A stretch of DNA of 64,000 nt from Leptogorgia sarmentosa. Lineage: Eukaryota. Made by a program: the position numbers and the translations under genes. How positions within the stretch are numbered: the first letter of the stretch is position 1; each line of letters opens with the position of its first letter. This document shows, piece after piece, positions 61,501 to 64,000 of this stretch. Below the pieces are notes generated by a model that was not told where the DNA came from, made no database searches, and worked only from the letters and a program-made list of their open reading frames with translations. Location: the NCBI GenBank assembly GCA_964658305.1, contig OZ210885.1:16988001-17052000 (forward strand), in the 5' to 3' direction.

Positions 61501-63500
61501 CGTCTGATCACCGAAGTTAAGCCTAGGTGGGCAAAGTTAGTACTTGGATGGGTGACCACCTGGGAATACTTTGTGTTGTAGACTTGCTTCATTTTATTGT
61601 ATGTGTGTTTGTAAATAGGTTTGCTTTCAATTTCAACTTCAGGGTTTTGTTATTGTTACATTTTTAAAAAGTGTAACTTCCATCAACAAATGTCTATGAC
61701 CATACCAGTAGGAAAATACCAGTTCTCGTCTGATCACCGAAGTTAAGCCTAGGTGGGCAAATTAGTACTTGGATGGGTGACCACCTGGGAATACTTTGTG
61801 TTGTAGACTTGCTTCATTTTATTGTATGTGTGTTTGTAAATCGGTTTGCTTTCAATTTCAACTTCAGGGTTTTGTTATTGTTACACGTTTAAAATGTGTA
61901 ACTTCCATCAACAAATGTCAACGACCATACCAGTAGGAAAATACCGGTTCTCGTCTGATCACCGAAGTTAAGCCTAGTTGGGCAAAGTTAGTACTTGGAT
62001 GGGTGACTACCTGGGAATACTTTGTGTTGTAGACTTGCTTCATTTTACTGTATGTGTGTTTGTAAATAGGTTTGCTTTAAATGTAAACTTCAGGGATTTT
62101 GTTATTGCTACATCTGGAAATACTTTGTATTGTTGTTTTGCTAAATGTTATTTAATGCCTATTTGTAAATATAATTCCTTTCAATTTCAACTTCAGGGTT
62201 TTGTTATTGTTACACGTTTAAAAAATGTAACTTCCATCAACAAATGGTACGACCATACCAGTAGGAAAATACCGGTTCTCGTTTGATCATCGAAGTTAAG
62301 CCTAGGTGGGAAAAGTTAGTACTTGGATGGGTGACCACCTGGGAATACTTTGTGTTGTAGACTTGCTTCATTTTATTGTATGTGTGTTTGTAAATAGGTT
62401 TGCTTTCAATTTCAACTTCAGGGTTTTGTTATTGTTACATGTTTAAAAAGTGTAACTTCCATCAACAAATGCCTACGACCATACCAGTAGGAAAATACCG
62501 GTTCTCGTCTGATCACCGAAATTAAGCCTAGGTTGGCAAAGTTAGTACTTGGATGGGTGACTACCTGGGAATACTTTGTGTTGTAGACTTGCTTCATTTT
62601 ATTGTATGTGTGTTTGTAAATATAATTTCTTTCAATTTCAACTTCAGGGTTTTGTTATTGTTACACGTTTAAAAAGTGTAACTTCCATCAACAAATGTCT
62701 ACGACCATACCAGTAGGAAAATACCAGTTCTCGTCTGATCACCGAAGTTAAGCCTAGGTGGGCAAAGTTAGTACTTTGATGGGTGAGCACCTGGGAATAC
62801 TTTGTGTTGTAGACTTGCTTCATTTTATTGTATGTGTGTTTGTAAATAGGTTTGCTTTAAATGTAAACTTCAGGGATTTTGTTATTGCTACATCTGGAAA
62901 TACTTTGTATTGTTGTTTTGCTAAATGTTATTTAATGCCTATTTGTAAATATAATTCCTTTCAATTTCAACTTCAGGGTTTTGTTATTGTTACACGTTTA
63001 AAAAATGTAACTTCCATCAACAAATGTCTACGACCATACCAGTAGGAAAATACCGGTTCTCGTCTGATCACCGAAGTTAAGCCTAGGTGGGCAAAGTTAG
63101 TACTTGGAAGGGTGACCACCTGGGAATACTTTGTGTTGTAGACTTGCTTCATTTTATTGTATGTGTGTTTGTAAATAGGTTTGCTTTCAATGTTAACTTA
63201 AGGGATTTTGTTCTTGCTACATCTGGAAATACTTTGTATTGTTGTTTTGCTAAATGTTATTTAATGCCTATTTGTAAATATAATTCCTTTCAATTTCAAC
63301 TTCAGGGTTTTGTTATTGTTACATGTTTAAAAAGTGTTACTTGCATCAACAAATGTCTACGACCATACCAGTAGGAAAATACCGGTTCTCGTCTGATCAC
63401 CGAAGTTAAGTCTAGGTGGGCAAAGTTAGTACTTGGATGGGTGACCACCTGGGAATACTTTGTGTTGTAGACTTCCTTCTTTCTATTGTATGTGTGTTTG
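52600..63500 (+). repeat. Right-domain higher-order duplications (offsets 3239 and 4806 bp)
   Basis: ORF offsets 52746/55985 and 53933/57172 (3239), and 55985/60791, 57172/61978 and 58281/63087 (4806). The private CTTCCTTCTTTCTATT motif occurs at 58669/63475. Confidence 0.85.
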
Positions 63501-63806
63501 TAAATAGGTTTGCTTTCAATTTCAACTTCAGGGTTTTGTTATTGTTACATGTTTAAAAAGTGTAACTTCCATCAACAAATGCCTACGACCATACCAGTAG
63601 GAAAATACCGGTTCTCGTCTGATCACCGAAATTAAGCCTAGGTTGGCAAAGTTAGTACTTGGATGGGTGACTACCTGGGAATACTTTGTGTTGTAGACTT
63701 GCTTCATTTTATTGTATGTGTGTTTGTAAATATAATTTCTTTCAATTTCAACTTCAGGGTTTTGTTATTGTTACACGTTTAAAAAGTGTAACTTCCATCA
63801 ACAAAT

Positions 63807-63926
63807 GTCTACGACCATACCAGTAGGAAAATACCAGTTCTCGTCTGATCACCGAAGTTAAGCCTAGGTGGGCAAAGTTAGTACTTTGATGGGTGAGCAC
63901 CTGGGAATACTTTGTGTTGTAGACTT
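63807..63926 (+). rRNA. 5S rRNA: 5S rRNA gene (last complete copy; variant with G30A, G81T, C91G)
   Basis: GTCTACGACC...GTTGTAGACTT, followed by the start of a long-type spacer cut by the window end. Confidence 0.85.
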
Positions 63927-64000
63927 GCTTCATTTTATTGTATGTGTGTTTGTAAATAGGTTTGCTTTAAATGTAAACTTCAGGGATTTTGTTATTGCTA

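Larger units (their letters stand above)
1..64000 (+). repeat. Tandem 5S rDNA array, ~269 head-to-tail units (226-bp short unit; ~329-bp long unit), running off both window edges
   Basis: The same 226-bp monomer recurs without interruption (gene starts 80, 306, 532, 758, 984 ... 63807). 31 complete long units were counted from the CTG/CGAAATACTTTGTATTG insert, and the copy number was estimated from (63807-80-31x103)/226. Confidence 0.98.

Noticed and set aside
5111..63374. Recurrent 61-127 aa ORFs (MGKVSTW..., MKQVYNT..., MCLDLLH...)
   Set aside because: They overlap the 5S gene and spacer, mostly begin at non-ATG triplets, appear only where an indel or SNP removes a stop, and resemble no protein family I recognise. 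They are by-products of the repeat.
1..64000. CRISPR-like repeat/spacer periodicity
   Set aside because: Spacers are near-identical rather than unique, the unit is 226 bp, no cas genes are present, and the repeat is eukaryotic 5S.
1..64000. 5S-derived retroelement (SINE3 or Cassandra TRIM)
   Set aside because: Full-length 5S in strict tandem with a short spacer; no LTR ends, PBS/PPT, LINE-like tail or TSDs seen.
1..64000. Assignment to a specific organism
   Set aside because: Motifs (CCGGTTCTCG, ATCACCGAAGTTAAGC, GGGTGACC) suggest an invertebrate metazoan, but I cannot identify the taxon without a database search.
1..64000. Inversions or minus-strand units
   Set aside because: None seen on reading through; all units are in the same orientation.

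Overview
The whole 64 kb window is one uninterrupted head-to-tail tandem array of eukaryotic (metazoan, invertebrate-type) 5S rRNA genes/pseudogenes, all on the + strand. The basic unit is 226 bp: a 120-nt 5S region (consensus GTCTACGACCATACCAGTAGGAAAATACCGGTTCTCGTCTGATCACCGAAGTTAAGCCTAGGTGGGCAAAGTTAGTACTTGGATGGGTGACCACCTGGGAATACTTTGTGTTGTAGACTT) plus a 106-bp AT-rich spacer. About 31 complete units are a ~329-bp long form whose extra ~103 bp is an old, decayed internal duplication of the 5S 3' end plus spacer. Arithmetic on first/last gene positions (80 and 63807) gives about 269 gene copies. I found no credible protein-coding genes, transposons or other RNA genes; all ORFs in the track are by-products of the repeat. 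The points of interest are internal. The 5S consensus is divergent, with compensatory changes but a mispaired helix II and a competing alternative helix. Many copies carry internal Pol III terminators or promoter lesions. The units are organised in nested, satellite-like higher-order repeats, with two sub-array haplotype domains (boundary ~44.5-48.4 kb), mappable recombination junctions and a CpG-decay signature. Counts and periods were derived by eye and from the ORF-track offsets, not by computation.
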